Assembly (NCBI RefSeq): GCF_013912005.1
Contig: NZ_JACESB010000006.1
Span: 35,784-99,783 of the forward strand
Source: Brevundimonas sp.
GTDB lineage: Bacteria > Pseudomonadota > Alphaproteobacteria > Caulobacterales > Caulobacteraceae
Reading direction: 5' to 3'
DNA length: 64,000 bases
The position numbers and the translations under genes are program-made. Under the pieces are notes generated by a model that saw only the letters and a list, made by a program, of their open reading frames with translations, had not been told where the DNA came from and ran no database searches. The first letter of the stretch is position 1, and each line of letters opens with the position of its first letter. Positions 28,769 to 39,278 of this stretch are shown in pieces.

Positions 28769-31666
28769 TCAGCCCGCGGCGCGGGCGGCGTCCCACCAGC
28801 GGACGGCGTCGGCGTCGCGGGCGCTGAGGTCCGGATAGTCCGGATCCGAGCCGACGTCCGGCACCCGCCGCCACGAGCGGGCGCACTTCGGGTGATCGGC
28901 GAGGCGGACGTCGACCGTGACGGCGTCGCCGCCCTCGACCAGTTCCGCGCCCGAGGTGCGGAACACCTCGGCGGGGTCGAGACCCTCGAAGGGGGCGAAG
29001 GCGCCGGCCGGGCCGGTGACCACGGGCCAGGCGTCGAGCGCGCCGCCGATGCGCTTGTCGCGCCGGGCCGACTCGAGCGCCTCGTTGACGATCTCCAGCA
29101 CCGTCTGCACCCCGGCCCAGCGGTCCGCCTCGGCCGGGTTGCGCCATTCGCCGGGCGTGTCCGGGATGACCCGGGCGCAGTTGGTTCCCGCGTCGGGGAA
29201 GCGGGTGGTCCAGGCCTCCTCCATGGTGAAGGGAACCAGCGGCGCCAGCCAGGCGGTCAGGCGCAGGAAGACCTCGTCCATCACCGTGCGGGCGGCGCGG
29301 CGGCGGTCGGCGTCGGGCCGGTCGCAATAGAGGCTGTCCTTGCGGACGTCGAAGTAGAGGGCCGACAGGTCGTTGGAGCAGAACTCCAGCACGGGCCGGA
29401 CGACGTCCTGGAAGCGGTACTCGCGGTAGGCCTGCCGCACCCCGGCGTCGAGCTCCCACAGCCGGTGCAGGATGAACTTCTCCAGCGGCGGCATGCGGTC
29501 GTACGGCAGGCGCTCGGCCTCGTCGAAGCCGGCCAGGGCGCCGAGCAGGTAGCGCACGGTGTTGCGCAGCTTGCGGTAGGCGTCGACCGTGGTCTGCAGG
29601 ATCTGTTTGCCGATCCGCTGGTCCTCGGCGTAGTCGACCAGGGCCACCCACAGGCGGAGGATGTCGGCGCCGGACTCCTTGATCACCGTCGCGGGATCGA
29701 CGGTGTTGCCCTTCGACTTCGACATCTTCTCCCCGTTCTCGTCGAGGGTGAAGCCGTGGGTCAGGACCGCCTCGTAGGGGGCGCGGCCGCGCGTGCCGCA
29801 GCCTTCCAGCAGGTTGGACTGGAACCAGCCGCGGTGCTGGTCCGAGCCCTCGAGGTAGAGGTCGGCGGGCCAGCGCGTGTCGGCGCGGCCTTCCAGGGTG
29901 AAGGCGTGGGTGCAGCCCGAGTCGAACCAGACGTCGAGGATGTCCTCGACCTTCTCGTAGCGATCCGGGTCGTGCGCGCCGAGGAAGTCGCTGTCCGGGC
30001 GGGTGAACCAGGCGTCGGCGCCGCCCTCGGCGATGGCCGCGACGATGCGGGCGTCGACCTCGGGGTCGTGCAGCGGCTGGCCGGTCTCCTTGTCCACGAA
30101 CATGGCCAGCGGGGTGCCCCAGGCGCGCTGGCGGCTGATCAGCCAGTCCGGCCGGCCCTCGACCATGGAGCGGATGCGGTTCTTGCCGGCGGCCGGGTGG
30201 AAGGCGGTGGCGTCGATGGCGGCCAGCGCCCGCTCGCGCAGCGTGCCGTCGTCCTCCAGCGGCTTGTCCATGCGGATGAACCACTGCGGCGTGTTGCGGA
30301 AGATGACCGGGGCGCGCGAGCGCCAGGAGTGCGGATAGGAATGCTCCAGCCGGCCGCGGGCCAGCAGGGCGCCGGCCTCGATCAGCTTCTCGATCACGGC
30401 CGGGTTGGCGGAGCCGAACTTGCCGGTCTTCTTGCCTTCGGTCTCCAGCACCTTGAGGCCGGCGAACAGGGGCACGTGCGGATAGTAGGCGCCGTCGGGG
30501 TCGACGGTGTCGGGCACCTCGTGATGGCCGTGGGCCTTCCACACCTCGAAGTCGTCCGCGCCGTGGCCGGGCGCGGTGTGCACGAAGCCGGTGCCGGCGT
30601 CGTCGGTGACGTGATCGCCGGCCAGCAGCGGCACGGAGAAGCCGTAGCCCGGAGACAGCGGCGCCAGCGGGTGGGCGCACTCCAGTCCCGAGGGATTCAG
30701 GTCGTCGATGCGGGTCCAGCGGGCGATCTTCGCGGCCCTGAACACCTCCTCCGCCAGCTTGTCGGCGAGGATCAGCCGGTCGCCCGGCCTGGCCCACGGC
30801 TCGAACTCCAGCCCTTCCTCCATGGCCGCGACCTCGTAGAGGCCGTAGGCGATGTCGGGGCCGTAGCTGATGGCGCGGTTGGCGGGGATGGTCCACGGCG
30901 TGGTGGTCCAGATCACCACCGACGGGGTCGCGGTGCGGAACGACAGCAGGTCGTCGGGGTGGTCGTCGGTGGCGCCGGTCACCGGGAACTTCACCCAGAT
31001 CGTCGGGCTGACGTGGTCGTGGTACTCGATCTCGGCGTCGGCCAGGGCGGTGCGTTCGACCGGCGACCACATCACCGGTTTGGAGCCGCGGTACAGCTGG
31101 CCCGAGTTCTTGAACTTGTGGAACTCGGCGACGATCGCCGCCTCGGTCGGGAAGTCCATGGTGGCGTAGCGGCCGGCCCAGTCGCCGGTGACGCCCAGCC
31201 GCTTGAACTGCTCGCGCTGCACGTCGATCCAGCCGGCGGCGTACTCGCGGCAGGCCTGGCGGAACTCGGCCTTGGAGACCTCGTCCTTGCGGCGGCCCTT
31301 CGCCCGGAACTGCTCCTCGATCTTCCACTCGATGGGCAGGCCGTGGCAGTCCCAGCCGGGCACGAAGTCGACGTCGTAGCCGAGCAGGAAGCGGCTGCGG
31401 ACCACGAAGTCCTTCAGCGTCTTGTTGAGGGCGTGGCCGATGTGGATGTCGCCGTTGGCGTAGGGCGGGCCGTCGTGGAGCACGTAGAGGGGCGCGCCCT
31501 CGGCCTGGCGCTGCTTGCGCAGGGTCGCATACAGGTCGCCCCACTGCTCGAGGATCAGCGGCTCCTTCTGGGGCAGGCCGCCGCGCATGGGGAAGGGCGT
31601 CTCCGGCAGGAAGACGGTGTCGCGGTAGTCGCGGCCAGTGGAGGAATTTTCGCCGGCGTCAGCCAT
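28769..31666 (-). CDS. ileS: Isoleucine--tRNA ligase
   Basis: PYANGDIHIGH (HIGH motif), GWDCHGLPIE, DWLISRQRAWG and KMSKS. ATG at 31666. Confidence 0.98.
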   Translation of the reverse strand: MADAGENSSTGRDYRDTVFLPETPFPMRGGLPQKEPLILEQWGDLYATLRKQRQAEGAPLYVLHDGPPYANGDIHIGHALNKTLKDFVVRSRFLLGYDVDFVPGWDCHGLPIEWKIEEQFRAKGRRKDEVSKAEFRQACREYAAGWIDVQREQFKRLGVTGDWAGRYATMDFPTEAAIVAEFHKFKNSGQLYRGSKPVMWSPVERTALADAEIEYHDHVSPTIWVKFPVTGATDDHPDDLLSFRTATPSVVIWTTTPWTIPANRAISYGPDIAYGLYEVAAMEEGLEFEPWARPGDRLILADKLAEEVFRAAKIARWTRIDDLNPSGLECAHPLAPLSPGYGFSVPLLAGDHVTDDAGTGFVHTAPGHGADDFEVWKAHGHHEVPDTVDPDGAYYPHVPLFAGLKVLETEGKKTGKFGSANPAVIEKLIEAGALLARGRLEHSYPHSWRSRAPVIFRNTPQWFIRMDKPLEDDGTLRERALAAIDATAFHPAAGKNRIRSMVEGRPDWLISRQRAWGTPLAMFVDKETGQPLHDPEVDARIVAAIAEGGADAWFTRPDSDFLGAHDPDRYEKVEDILDVWFDSGCTHAFTLEGRADTRWPADLYLEGSDQHRGWFQSNLLEGCGTRGRAPYEAVLTHGFTLDENGEKMSKSKGNTVDPATVIKESGADILRLWVALVDYAEDQRIGKQILQTTVDAYRKLRNTVRYLLGALAGFDEAERLPYDRMPPLEKFILHRLWELDAGVRQAYREYRFQDVVRPVLEFCSNDLSALYFDVRKDSLYCDRPDADRRRAARTVMDEVFLRLTAWLAPLVPFTMEEAWTTRFPDAGTNCARVIPDTPGEWRNPAEADRWAGVQTVLEIVNEALESARRDKRIGGALDAWPVVTGPAGAFAPFEGLDPAEVFRTSGAELVEGGDAVTVDVRLADHPKCARSWRRVPDVGSDPDYPDLSARDADAVRWWDAARAAG

Positions 31667-31758
31667 GAAGTCTCGTTTCGTCGTCTGGGTTCGTTCCGCC
31701 TGGAGCGCCGGTCGGCGCTGGAGATCCCGGCGAGCGCGGGGCTGCAAGCCCTGCGGCG

Positions 31759-31806
31759 CTACGCCGGGCGGCTAATCGAAATCGGGCGAAACAGGCGGAC
31801 GTCCAT
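31759..31806 (-). promoter_or_regulatory. Candidate ileS leader peptide uORF MDVRLFRPISISRPA
   Basis: ATG...TAG with two ATT Ile codons, 92 nt upstream of ileS, followed by two hairpins. Confidence 0.4.
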
Positions 31807-31910
31807 GGCGCCGCCGGTCTAGCAGAGGCGGGACGGGGCGCGCCACCGGAAAGCGCCGGCTTGTCAGCCGTCGGGCGGAGCCGGATAGTCGGCGGCGGGA
31901 GGATCCTTTC

Positions 31911-32441
31911 ATGCGCCGTTACGCCCTGATCGCCGTCGCCTGCGCCGCCCTGGCGGCCTGCTCGTCGCCGGAGACCGAGGTCGGCGAGACCGCCGACGCG
32001 CCGGCCGCCCTGCCGCCGGGCCGGGACGCCATCTACGAGGCGGCGCGGGTCGGACCGGAGGAGTTCGTCCGCGCCGTCTATGCGGCCCACGCCGCCGGGG
32101 CCATGGGCGAGCCGCCGAAGCCGGGGCAGGAGCCGATCTACGGGCGGATGCTCAACGCCATGATCGGCGAGGACTTCCGGCGGGCGGGGGACGACGTTCC
32201 CACGCTGAACTGGGACCCGATCTGCGACTGCCAGGACGGGGAGGGGTTCCGGCTGGAGTCGGTGACGGTGCGCGAGAGCTCGGCGACCGAGGCGGAGGCC
32301 GACGTGGTCTTCGTCAACAGCGGCGAGACGCACCGGCAGACGCTGAAGCTGGTCAAGGAGGGGCCGATGTGGCGCATCTCCGACTTCCTCGTTCCGGGGC
32401 GGCCGCCGCTCAGCGAGACGCTGATGGCGGCGATCAGCTGA
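31911..32441 (+). CDS. Lipoprotein, DUF3828/YbjP-like
   Basis: Lipobox LAAC, LNWDPICDCQD and LVKEGPMWRISD. Confidence 0.75.
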   Translation: MRRYALIAVACAALAACSSPETEVGETADAPAALPPGRDAIYEAARVGPEEFVRAVYAAHAAGAMGEPPKPGQEPIYGRMLNAMIGEDFRRAGDDVPTLNWDPICDCQDGEGFRLESVTVRESSATEAEADVVFVNSGETHRQTLKLVKEGPMWRISDFLVPGRPPLSETLMAAIS

Positions 32442-33363
32442 GCACGGCGCGGGCATCGGCGGCGTCCCGGTCGATCTGCGCCTTGAGGGCGTCGAGGTCG
32501 TCGAAGCTGAGCTCCGGGCGGAGGAAGGCGACCAGCTCGGTCTCGATGGTCTGGCCGTAGAGGTCGCCGGCGAAGTCGAACAGCCAGACCTCGAGCAGGG
32601 GTTCGTCGGTGCGGAACATCGGCCGGACGCCGAGGCTGGCGACGCCGTCGAGGCGGCGGCCGTCGGGCAGGCGGACGCGGACCGCATAGATGCCGAAGGC
32701 CGGACGCATGTAGTCGCCGAGGGGCACGTTCGCCGTGGGCACGCCGATGGTGCGGCCGCGCTTGTCGCCGTGGATGACCTCGCCCTCGATGGCGAAGGGG
32801 CGGCCGAGGATGGCGGCGGCGCGGGCCATGTCGCCGGCGTGCAGGGCCTCGCGCACCGCCGAGGAGGACAGCTTGAGGCCGCCGGCGTCGTCGACCCGGT
32901 CGGCGACGGAAACGGTGAAGCCGAGGTCCGCGCCGTAGCGGCGCAGCGCCTCGGGCGACCCGGTGCGGCCCTTGCCGAAGGTGAAGTCGAAGCCGACCGC
33001 GGCATGGCGGACGCCGAGGCCGTCGGCCAGCACCTGGCGGGCGAAGGCCTCGTCGGACATGGCGGCCATGTCCGCGTCGAACGGCAGCAGGTGGAGCCGG
33101 TCGACGCCGAGGGGGGCGAGCGCGCGGGCCATCTGGCCGGGCGTCATCAGCCGGAAGGGGGCGGCGGCGGGCTGGAACCAGCGGCGGGGGTGCGGGTCGA
33201 AGCTGACCACGGCCAGCGGCGCCGCCAGGGCGCGGGCCGCCTCGGCGGCCTCGGCGATGACCGCCTGGTGGCCGCGGTGCACGCCGTCGAAGGCGCCGAG
33301 GGCGACCGCCGCCCCTCTCAGCCCGGGGGGCAGGCTGCGCCAGCCGCGGACGACCGGGATCAC
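32434..33363 (-). CDS. ribF: Bifunctional riboflavin kinase / FAD synthetase
   Basis: Motifs GAFDGVHRGH, VGFDFTFG, SSSAVR, GDKRGRTIGVPTAN and LEVWLFDF. Confidence 0.97.
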   Translation of the reverse strand: MIPVVRGWRSLPPGLRGAAVALGAFDGVHRGHQAVIAEAAEAARALAAPLAVVSFDPHPRRWFQPAAAPFRLMTPGQMARALAPLGVDRLHLLPFDADMAAMSDEAFARQVLADGLGVRHAAVGFDFTFGKGRTGSPEALRRYGADLGFTVSVADRVDDAGGLKLSSSAVREALHAGDMARAAAILGRPFAIEGEVIHGDKRGRTIGVPTANVPLGDYMRPAFGIYAVRVRLPDGRRLDGVASLGVRPMFRTDEPLLEVWLFDFAGDLYGQTIETELVAFLRPELSFDDLDALKAQIDRDAADARAVLS

Positions 33364-33370
33364 GGCCGCC

Positions 33371-33832
33371 TCAGCGGGCGGAGGGCTTGCGGCGACGGGG
33401 CACGCGGACGACCGCGATGCCGTCCATGATCAGCTTGCCGTCGACAAAGCCCTCGCAGTTGAGCCGCACCCGCGCCTGCTCCTGCTCCACCTCGATGACG
33501 GTGATGCGGATCAGCACCGTGTCGTCGACGCGCACCGGCAGGTGGAATTTCAGCGTCTGGGAGACGTAGATCGAACCGGCGCCGGGCAGGATGGTGCCGA
33601 CCACGGCGGAGCCGAAGGAGGCCGACAGCAGGCCGTGGGCGATGCGGCCGCGATAGGCGGTCTTCGCCGCGAACCCCTCGTCGAGGTGCACCGGATTGAA
33701 GTCGTCGGAGGCCTCGGCGAAGCGGCGGATGCGCTCCTCGGTCGCCTGGATGACCTTCTCGGCGGCCATGCCGGGACGAAGCTCCTCGAGGATGTAGCCG
33801 CCCGAGGGATGTTGCTGGACCAGTTCGACCAT
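33371..33832 (-). CDS. MaoC-family (R)-enoyl-CoA hydratase
   Basis: SDDFNPVHLD and RIAHGLL...GTILPG hydratase motifs. Confidence 0.9.
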   Translation of the reverse strand: MVELVQQHPSGGYILEELRPGMAAEKVIQATEERIRRFAEASDDFNPVHLDEGFAAKTAYRGRIAHGLLSASFGSAVVGTILPGAGSIYVSQTLKFHLPVRVDDTVLIRITVIEVEQEQARVRLNCEGFVDGKLIMDGIAVVRVPRRRKPSAR

Positions 33833-33861
33833 GGACGGGGCTTAGCCTGAATTGCGGCGCC

Positions 33862-34731
33862 TCACCACGCCAGATCGAGCGTGGCGTAGCGGGCGTAGCA
33901 GGTTTCGGCCTTCAGCAGCTCGCCGGCCCGTTCCGGATCCAGCCGGCCGTCGGGGCCGCGGGCGGCGTCGCCGTGGATGCCCTGGGCGACGAACAGGCAG
34001 TCGAGGCCCTGGGCGTTGGCGCCGCGCACGTCGGTGACCACGCCGTCGCCGATGCACAGGACGCGCGAGCGGTCGGCCGGACGGCCCAGCAGACGCGCGG
34101 CCTCGTCGAGGGCGAGGTCGTAGATGGGGCCGAAGGGCTTGCCGGCCATGACCACCCGGCCGCCGAGTTCGGCGTAGAGGTCGGCCAGGGCCCCGCCGCA
34201 GTAGATCAGCCTGTCGCCGCGCTGGACCACCCGGTCGGGATTGGCGCAGATCAGCTCGAGGTCGCGGGCGGCGCCGGCGGCGAGGCGCTCGCGGTAGTCC
34301 TCGGGGGTCTCGGTCTCGTCGTCGACCGGACCGGTGACGGAGATGAAGGCGGCGTCGGCCGCGCCGTGGGCGCTGGTCAGGCCGAGACCCTCGTAGAGCG
34401 GCCAGTCGCGCTCGGGGCCGATCACCCAGGCCGGGCCGGGGGCGCGGCGGGCCAGTTCGGCGCGGGTGGCGTCGCCGGAGGTGACGAAGGCCCGCCAGCT
34501 GTCGCGCGGCACCTTCAGCCGGTCGAGCTGGGCGACCACGTCCGAAGAGGGGCGCGGCGAGTTGGAGATCAGCACCACGTGGCCGTGGTCGCGGTTGAAG
34601 CGGGCCAGCGCCTCGCAGGCGGCCGGCCAGCTCTCGCGGCCGTTGTGGATCACGCCCCAGACGTCGCAGAGCAGGATGTCGTAGTCGCCGGCGATCGCGC
34701 CGAGGCCGGGGAGCGGGTGGGGCAGGGTCAT
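33862..34731 (-). CDS. HAD-superfamily subfamily IIA hydrolase
   Basis: Motifs LCDVWGVIHNG, ISNSPR, CANPD, GKP and IGDGVVTD. Confidence 0.92.
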   Translation of the reverse strand: MTLPHPLPGLGAIAGDYDILLCDVWGVIHNGRESWPAACEALARFNRDHGHVVLISNSPRPSSDVVAQLDRLKVPRDSWRAFVTSGDATRAELARRAPGPAWVIGPERDWPLYEGLGLTSAHGAADAAFISVTGPVDDETETPEDYRERLAAGAARDLELICANPDRVVQRGDRLIYCGGALADLYAELGGRVVMAGKPFGPIYDLALDEAARLLGRPADRSRVLCIGDGVVTDVRGANAQGLDCLFVAQGIHGDAARGPDGRLDPERAGELLKAETCYARYATLDLAW

Positions 34732-35295
34732 GCGGGGGGCATAGCGGGTTCGGCCGGGCGGGAGAAGGCGCGAGTCGGCGCCGCTTCCGGGGGGAAGCGG
34801 TGGCGGGAAGGGTGCGGGGCGCCGGGCCTCGCCCGGTCTGTGGGATGATTACCGTTTCGACGAGACAGACGCCCCGCGCAGCCGTTGGACGCGCGCTCTC
34901 CGGCTGGCGGCCCTGACATTCGAGCCTTGCCGGATCTCCGCCGGGACCGTTGCCGGGCCCGACGCGGGGCGGACATGACGGCGCTCTTCAGGGGACGTCA
35001 GCAGCCCGCATTCCAGTAGCGCGCGGCGAGCAAGGGACGCCATCCACCCGACGTCCACGAGGACCCCGGGACTGCCCTTCGCCCCGGCTTCATCGCTCGA
35101 CCACAGCCCGCCGTCGTCGAGGTCGTGGATCCGACGCCCTCCCCATCGACGGGATGGGCGGAAGTGTAAGGGAGGCTTTTGCCCCGGCGGGCAAATGACG
35201 CTGGTGGTTCCGGATTGCGGCGGAGGAACAGCAGGTTGGCCCTCGCATGTGCGAGCGTAGCGGATGAACTGCTGACACCTCGGCGGCGGACCCGC

Positions 35296-35379
35296 CCCCT
35301 CCACCGCCTTCGGCGGTCCCCCTCCCCCTGCGGGGGAGGAATGGGAGCCGCCGCTGCAGTTCCTCCCCCGCGGGGGAGG
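35296..35379. repeat. REP-like palindromic intergenic element
   Basis: Hairpin ACCGCC-TTCG-GCGGT, then CCTCCCCC-TGC-GGGGGAGG, and a second TCCTCCCCCGCGGGGGAGG. Related copy at 48696-48720. Confidence 0.7.
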
Positions 35380-35805
35380 TCAGCCGCCGTGCAGGCAGCG
35401 GCGGCCGGCGTAGAGGCCGTTGAGGTAGAACCAGCGGTTCTGGACGGCGAGGGCCTCGGCCTGGCGGCGTTCGCGCTCCTCGCGGGTCAGGGCGTCGGCC
35501 CCGGCGAACAGCAGGCCGGCGCCGGGGATGAGCATGGCCGCGCCGGCTTTCGCGATGGCGCCGAGGCCGCCGCCGGACGGCGTGCCGCCCATGTCGGCGC
35601 TGAGCGCGGCCGCCTCGTCGGCGATCTGGCGGCAGGTGAGAGCCTCGTCGGCGGCGCGGATCACCGGCGCCGGGACCTCAGCGGCGGCGCGGCCCTCCGC
35701 CGGCGGCGACCGGTCGGGCGAGGCGTCCTGGGCCGCGGCGGCGCCCGCGCCGGCGAGGGCGAGGGCGGCGAGGGCGGCGGCCGGGATCATCGGGCGTGGG
35801 GTCAC
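35380..35805 (-). CDS. Secreted hypothetical protein
   Basis: Signal peptide ending [14 protein letters not shown], a Gly-rich hydrophobic segment and a C-terminal Cys. Confidence 0.65.
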   Translation of the reverse strand: MTPRPMIPAAALAALALAGAGAAAAQDASPDRSPPAEGRAAAEVPAPVIRAADEALTCRQIADEAAALSADMGGTPSGGGLGAIAKAGAAMLIPGAGLLFAGADALTREERERRQAEALAVQNRWFYLNGLYAGRRCLHGG

Positions 35806-35868
35806 GGTCGAACTCCATTCCGCCCCCCGACCGGGAACAGAACGGCGGACGCCCCCGGGGGGTTGCCT

Positions 35869-37779
35869 TCAGGCGCGGACGGCGCGGGTCGCCTCGACGC
35901 CGAGGGCCTGCAGGGCCGCGGCGGCGATGTGGGAGGCGTTCAGACCCGCCGCCTCGTACTGGGCGAAGGGCGCGTCCTGGTCCTGGAAGACGTCGGGCAG
36001 GTGCAGGGTGCGGATCTTCAGCCCGGCGTCGAGCGCCCCCTTCTCCGCCAGCAGCTGCAGCACGAAGGCGCCGAAGCCGCCCATGGCCCCCTCCTCCACC
36101 GTGATCAGGGCCTCGTGCTCGCGCGCGAGCCGCAGGATCAGATCCGCGTCCAGCGGCTTGGCGAAGCGGGCGTCGGCGACGGTGGCCGAGACGCCGCGGG
36201 CGGCGAGGGCCTCGGCCGCCTTGAGCGACTCCTGCAGGCGCGTGCCGAGCGACAGGATGGCGACCGTCGTGCCCTCGCGGACGATGCGGCCCTTGCCGAT
36301 CTCGAGCGGGGCGGCGAGCTCCGGGATCTCGACGCCGACGCCGTCGCCGCGCGGGTAGCGGAAGGCCGAGGGGCGGTCGTCGATGGCCAGGGAGGTGGAG
36401 ATCATCGCCGCCAGCTCGGCCTCGTCCGAGGCGGCCATCAGCACCATGCCCGGCAGGGCGCCCATGTAGCCGATGTCGAACGAGCCGGCGTGGGTGGACC
36501 CGTCGGCGCCGACGAGACCGGCCCGGTCCATGGCGAAGCGCACCGGCAGCGACTGGATGGCGACGTCGTGGACCACCTGGTCGTAGCCGCGCTGGAGGAA
36601 GGTCGAATAGATGGCGCAGACCGGCTTCATGCCGTCGGCGGCGAGGCCGGCGGCGAAGGTGACGGCGTGCTGTTCGGCGATGCCGACGTCGTAGGTGCGG
36701 TCCGGATAGGCCTGGCCGAACAGGTCGAGGCCGGTGCCCGAGGGCATGGCCGCGGTGATGGCGACGATCGAGGGGTCGGCGGCGGCGTGCTTGATCAGCT
36801 CGGTCCCGAACACCTTGGTGTAGCTGGGGGCGTTGGAGGCCGGCTTCGACTGCTTGCCGGAGACGACGTCGAACTTGACCACCGCGTGCAGCTTGTCGGC
36901 GCTGCTCTCGGCCGGGGCGTAGCCCTTGCCCTTCTGGGTGACGACGTGGACCAGCACCGGACGGTCGGTGATGGCCGCGGCGTTCTTCAGGATGGGCACC
37001 AGGTTGTCCATGTCGTGCCCGTCGATCGGGCCGACGTAGTAGAAGCCGAGCTCCTCGAAGAAGGTGCCGCCGGTGACCATGCCGCGGGCGTATTCCTCGG
37101 CCTTGCGGGCGGCGTCCTTGAACGGGCGCGGCAGGTGTTCGGCGAACTTCTTGCCGAGCTTGCGCATGCCCCGGTAGGTCCCGCCGGAAACCAGGCCGGC
37201 GAGATAGGCGCTCATGCCGCCCACGGGCGGGGCGATCGACATGTCGTTGTCGTTGAGCACCACCATCAGCTGGCCGCGCGTCGCCTCGACGGCGTTGTTC
37301 ATCGCCTCATAGGCCATGCCGGCGGACATGGAGCCGTCGCCGATGACGGCCACGACCCTGTTGTCTCCGCCCTTCTGGTCGCGGGCGGCGGCGAAGCCGA
37401 GGGCGGCCGAGATCGAGGTCGAGGCGTGGGCGGCGCCGAAGGGGTCGTATTCGCTCTCCGAGCGCTTGGTGAAGCCGGACAGGCCGCCGCCCTGGCGCAG
37501 GGTGCGGATGCGGTCGCGCCGGCCGGTCAGAATCTTGTGCGGATAGCACTGGTGGCCGACGTCCCAGATCAGGATGTCCTTCGGCGTCTCGAAGACGTGG
37601 TGCAGGGCCACCGTCAGCTCGACCACGCCGAGGCCGGCGCCGAGGTGGCCGCCGGTGGTGGAGACGGCGTCGATGGTCTCGGCCCGCACCTCGTCGGCCA
37701 GCTGCTTCAGCCGGGCGATGTCGAAACCGCGCATGTCGGCGGGCAGCTTGACCTGGTCGAGGAGCGGGGTGTCGGGCAT
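35869..37779 (-). CDS. dxs: 1-deoxy-D-xylulose-5-phosphate synthase
   Basis: Motifs [47 protein letters not shown] and [10 protein letters not shown]. Confidence 0.98.
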   Translation of the reverse strand: MPDTPLLDQVKLPADMRGFDIARLKQLADEVRAETIDAVSTTGGHLGAGLGVVELTVALHHVFETPKDILIWDVGHQCYPHKILTGRRDRIRTLRQGGGLSGFTKRSESEYDPFGAAHASTSISAALGFAAARDQKGGDNRVVAVIGDGSMSAGMAYEAMNNAVEATRGQLMVVLNDNDMSIAPPVGGMSAYLAGLVSGGTYRGMRKLGKKFAEHLPRPFKDAARKAEEYARGMVTGGTFFEELGFYYVGPIDGHDMDNLVPILKNAAAITDRPVLVHVVTQKGKGYAPAESSADKLHAVVKFDVVSGKQSKPASNAPSYTKVFGTELIKHAAADPSIVAITAAMPSGTGLDLFGQAYPDRTYDVGIAEQHAVTFAAGLAADGMKPVCAIYSTFLQRGYDQVVHDVAIQSLPVRFAMDRAGLVGADGSTHAGSFDIGYMGALPGMVLMAASDEAELAAMISTSLAIDDRPSAFRYPRGDGVGVEIPELAAPLEIGKGRIVREGTTVAILSLGTRLQESLKAAEALAARGVSATVADARFAKPLDADLILRLAREHEALITVEEGAMGGFGAFVLQLLAEKGALDAGLKIRTLHLPDVFQDQDAPFAQYEAAGLNASHIAAAALQALGVEATRAVRA

Positions 37780-38004
37780 CGGGGCAACGTGAACAGCGCC
37801 CGGGGCGGGCGAAACGATGAGGCTATCCCATGAACGCCTCGCACGGCGAATGCCAGTGAGAGATTCCTGAGCAGTTCGTGATCGGCTCCCCGGCGAGCGG
37901 CGGGGGGAGCCATATCCGAAGCCGCCAGTCTACGTCGGCCCGGACAAACAGGCGAGTGTCCACGATGTCGCCGGGCGGGCGGTCCGGCCGTTCATCCCCT
38001 CGCC

Positions 38005-38865
38005 TCAGGTCCGGCGCTGCAGCACGTAGTCGACGCTGGCCTTGAGGATGTCGGCGTCGGGGCCGAACAGGTCGAGGTGGGCGCGGGCCTGGGCGGCGAG
38101 GTGGTCGACGCGGGAGCGCGCCGCCTCGACGCCGAGCAGGGTGACGAAGTTGGTCTTGCCCTGGGCCTGGTCCTTGCGGGCGGCCTTGCCGAGCAGGTCC
38201 TCGTCGCCCTCCACATCGAGCAGGTCGTCGACGATCTGGTAGGCCAGGCCGATGTCGTGGGCGAAGCTGGTCAGGGCCTGGCGCTCGGGCTCGCGGGCGC
38301 GGGCGACGATCAGCGGAATCTCGAAGGCGTAGGTGAACAGGGCGCCGGTCTTGAGCCGCTGCATGCGGGCGACGCCGCCGAGGTCGTCGCGGACCCCCAG
38401 CAGGTCGATCATCTGGCCGCCGGCCATGCCCCGGGCGCCGGACGCCATCGACAGGCGGGCGGCCAGCTCGCAGCGCACGGCCGGGTCCTCGTGGGTGTCG
38501 GGGTGCAGGACGATGTCGAAGGCGGCGGTCTGCAGGGCGTCGCCGGCGAGGATGGCGGTGGCCTCGTCATAGGCGCGGTGCAGGGTCGGCCGGCCGCGGC
38601 GCATGTCGTCGTCGTCCATGGCCGGCAGGTCGTCGTGGACGAGGCTGTAGGCGTGGACGCACTCGAGGGCGCAGGCGGCGCGCAGCACCGCCCGCTCCTC
38701 GATGTCGAACAGGCGCGCGGCCTCCAGCGCGAAGAAGGGGCGCAGCCGCTTGCCGGGGCCGAGGGCGGCGTAGCGCATGGCCTCGGTCAGGCGCGACTCG
38801 GGGCCGTCGGCGCGCGGCAGCAGCTCGTCGAGGGCGACGGTGACGAGGTCGGCGACCTCGGCCAC
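38005..38865 (-). CDS. ispA: Farnesyl diphosphate synthase / geranyltranstransferase
   Basis: [32 protein letters not shown] and YQIVDD motifs. The frame stays open to about 38928, so the true start may be further upstream. Confidence 0.95.
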   Translation of the reverse strand: MAEVADLVTVALDELLPRADGPESRLTEAMRYAALGPGKRLRPFFALEAARLFDIEERAVLRAACALECVHAYSLVHDDLPAMDDDDMRRGRPTLHRAYDEATAILAGDALQTAAFDIVLHPDTHEDPAVRCELAARLSMASGARGMAGGQMIDLLGVRDDLGGVARMQRLKTGALFTYAFEIPLIVARAREPERQALTSFAHDIGLAYQIVDDLLDVEGDEDLLGKAARKDQAQGKTNFVTLLGVEAARSRVDHLAAQARAHLDLFGPDADILKASVDYVLQRRT

Positions 38866-38924
38866 CCGGTCGATGACGCCCTGCTCCGGCGAGTTGGCGG
38901 CCTGGATCCTGGAGGGGGGGACGG

Positions 38925-39278
38925 TCAGAACAGCCTCCCGCCGGGCGGGACGTCGCGGTCGACGCCGACGAGGACCACCTTGCCGTCGGCGTCGGGGAAG
39001 CCGAGGGTCAGGACCTCCGACATGAAGGGGCCGATCTGGCGCGGCGGGAAGTTGACCACGGCGGCGACCTTGCGGCCGTGCAGCTCCTCGAGGGTGTAGT
39101 GTTCGGTGATCTGGGCCGAGGACTTCTTCACCCCGATGTCCGGGCCGAAGTCGATGGTCAGGCGGTAGGCGGGCTTGCGCGCCTCCGGAAACGGCTCGGC
39201 CCGGACGACCTCGCCGACGCGGATGTCGACCCGGAGGAAGTCGTCGAACGAGATCCGTTCGGACGGCGGACCCGACAT
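38925..39278 (-). CDS. csaA: tRNA-binding protein / secretion chaperone CsaA
   Basis: [33 protein letters not shown]. Confidence 0.92.
   Translation of the reverse strand: MSGPPSERISFDDFLRVDIRVGEVVRAEPFPEARKPAYRLTIDFGPDIGVKKSSAQITEHYTLEELHGRKVAAVVNFPPRQIGPFMSEVLTLGFPDADGKVVLVGVDRDVPPGGRLF

Noticed and set aside
28800-28900. IleS C-terminal zinc finger reduced to a single Cys (KCARSW)
   Set aside because: Zinc-less variants are, to my knowledge, common in alphaproteobacterial IleRS; not unusual.
34849-35304. 151-aa - strand ORF
   Set aside because: No RBS, motif or codon bias, and it runs into the REP-like element.
37780-38004. Possible TPP riboswitch or sRNA upstream of dxs (hairpin GGCTCCCC...GGGGAGCC)
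   Set aside because: No CTGAGA or other riboswitch core is visible; a lone hairpin is insufficient.
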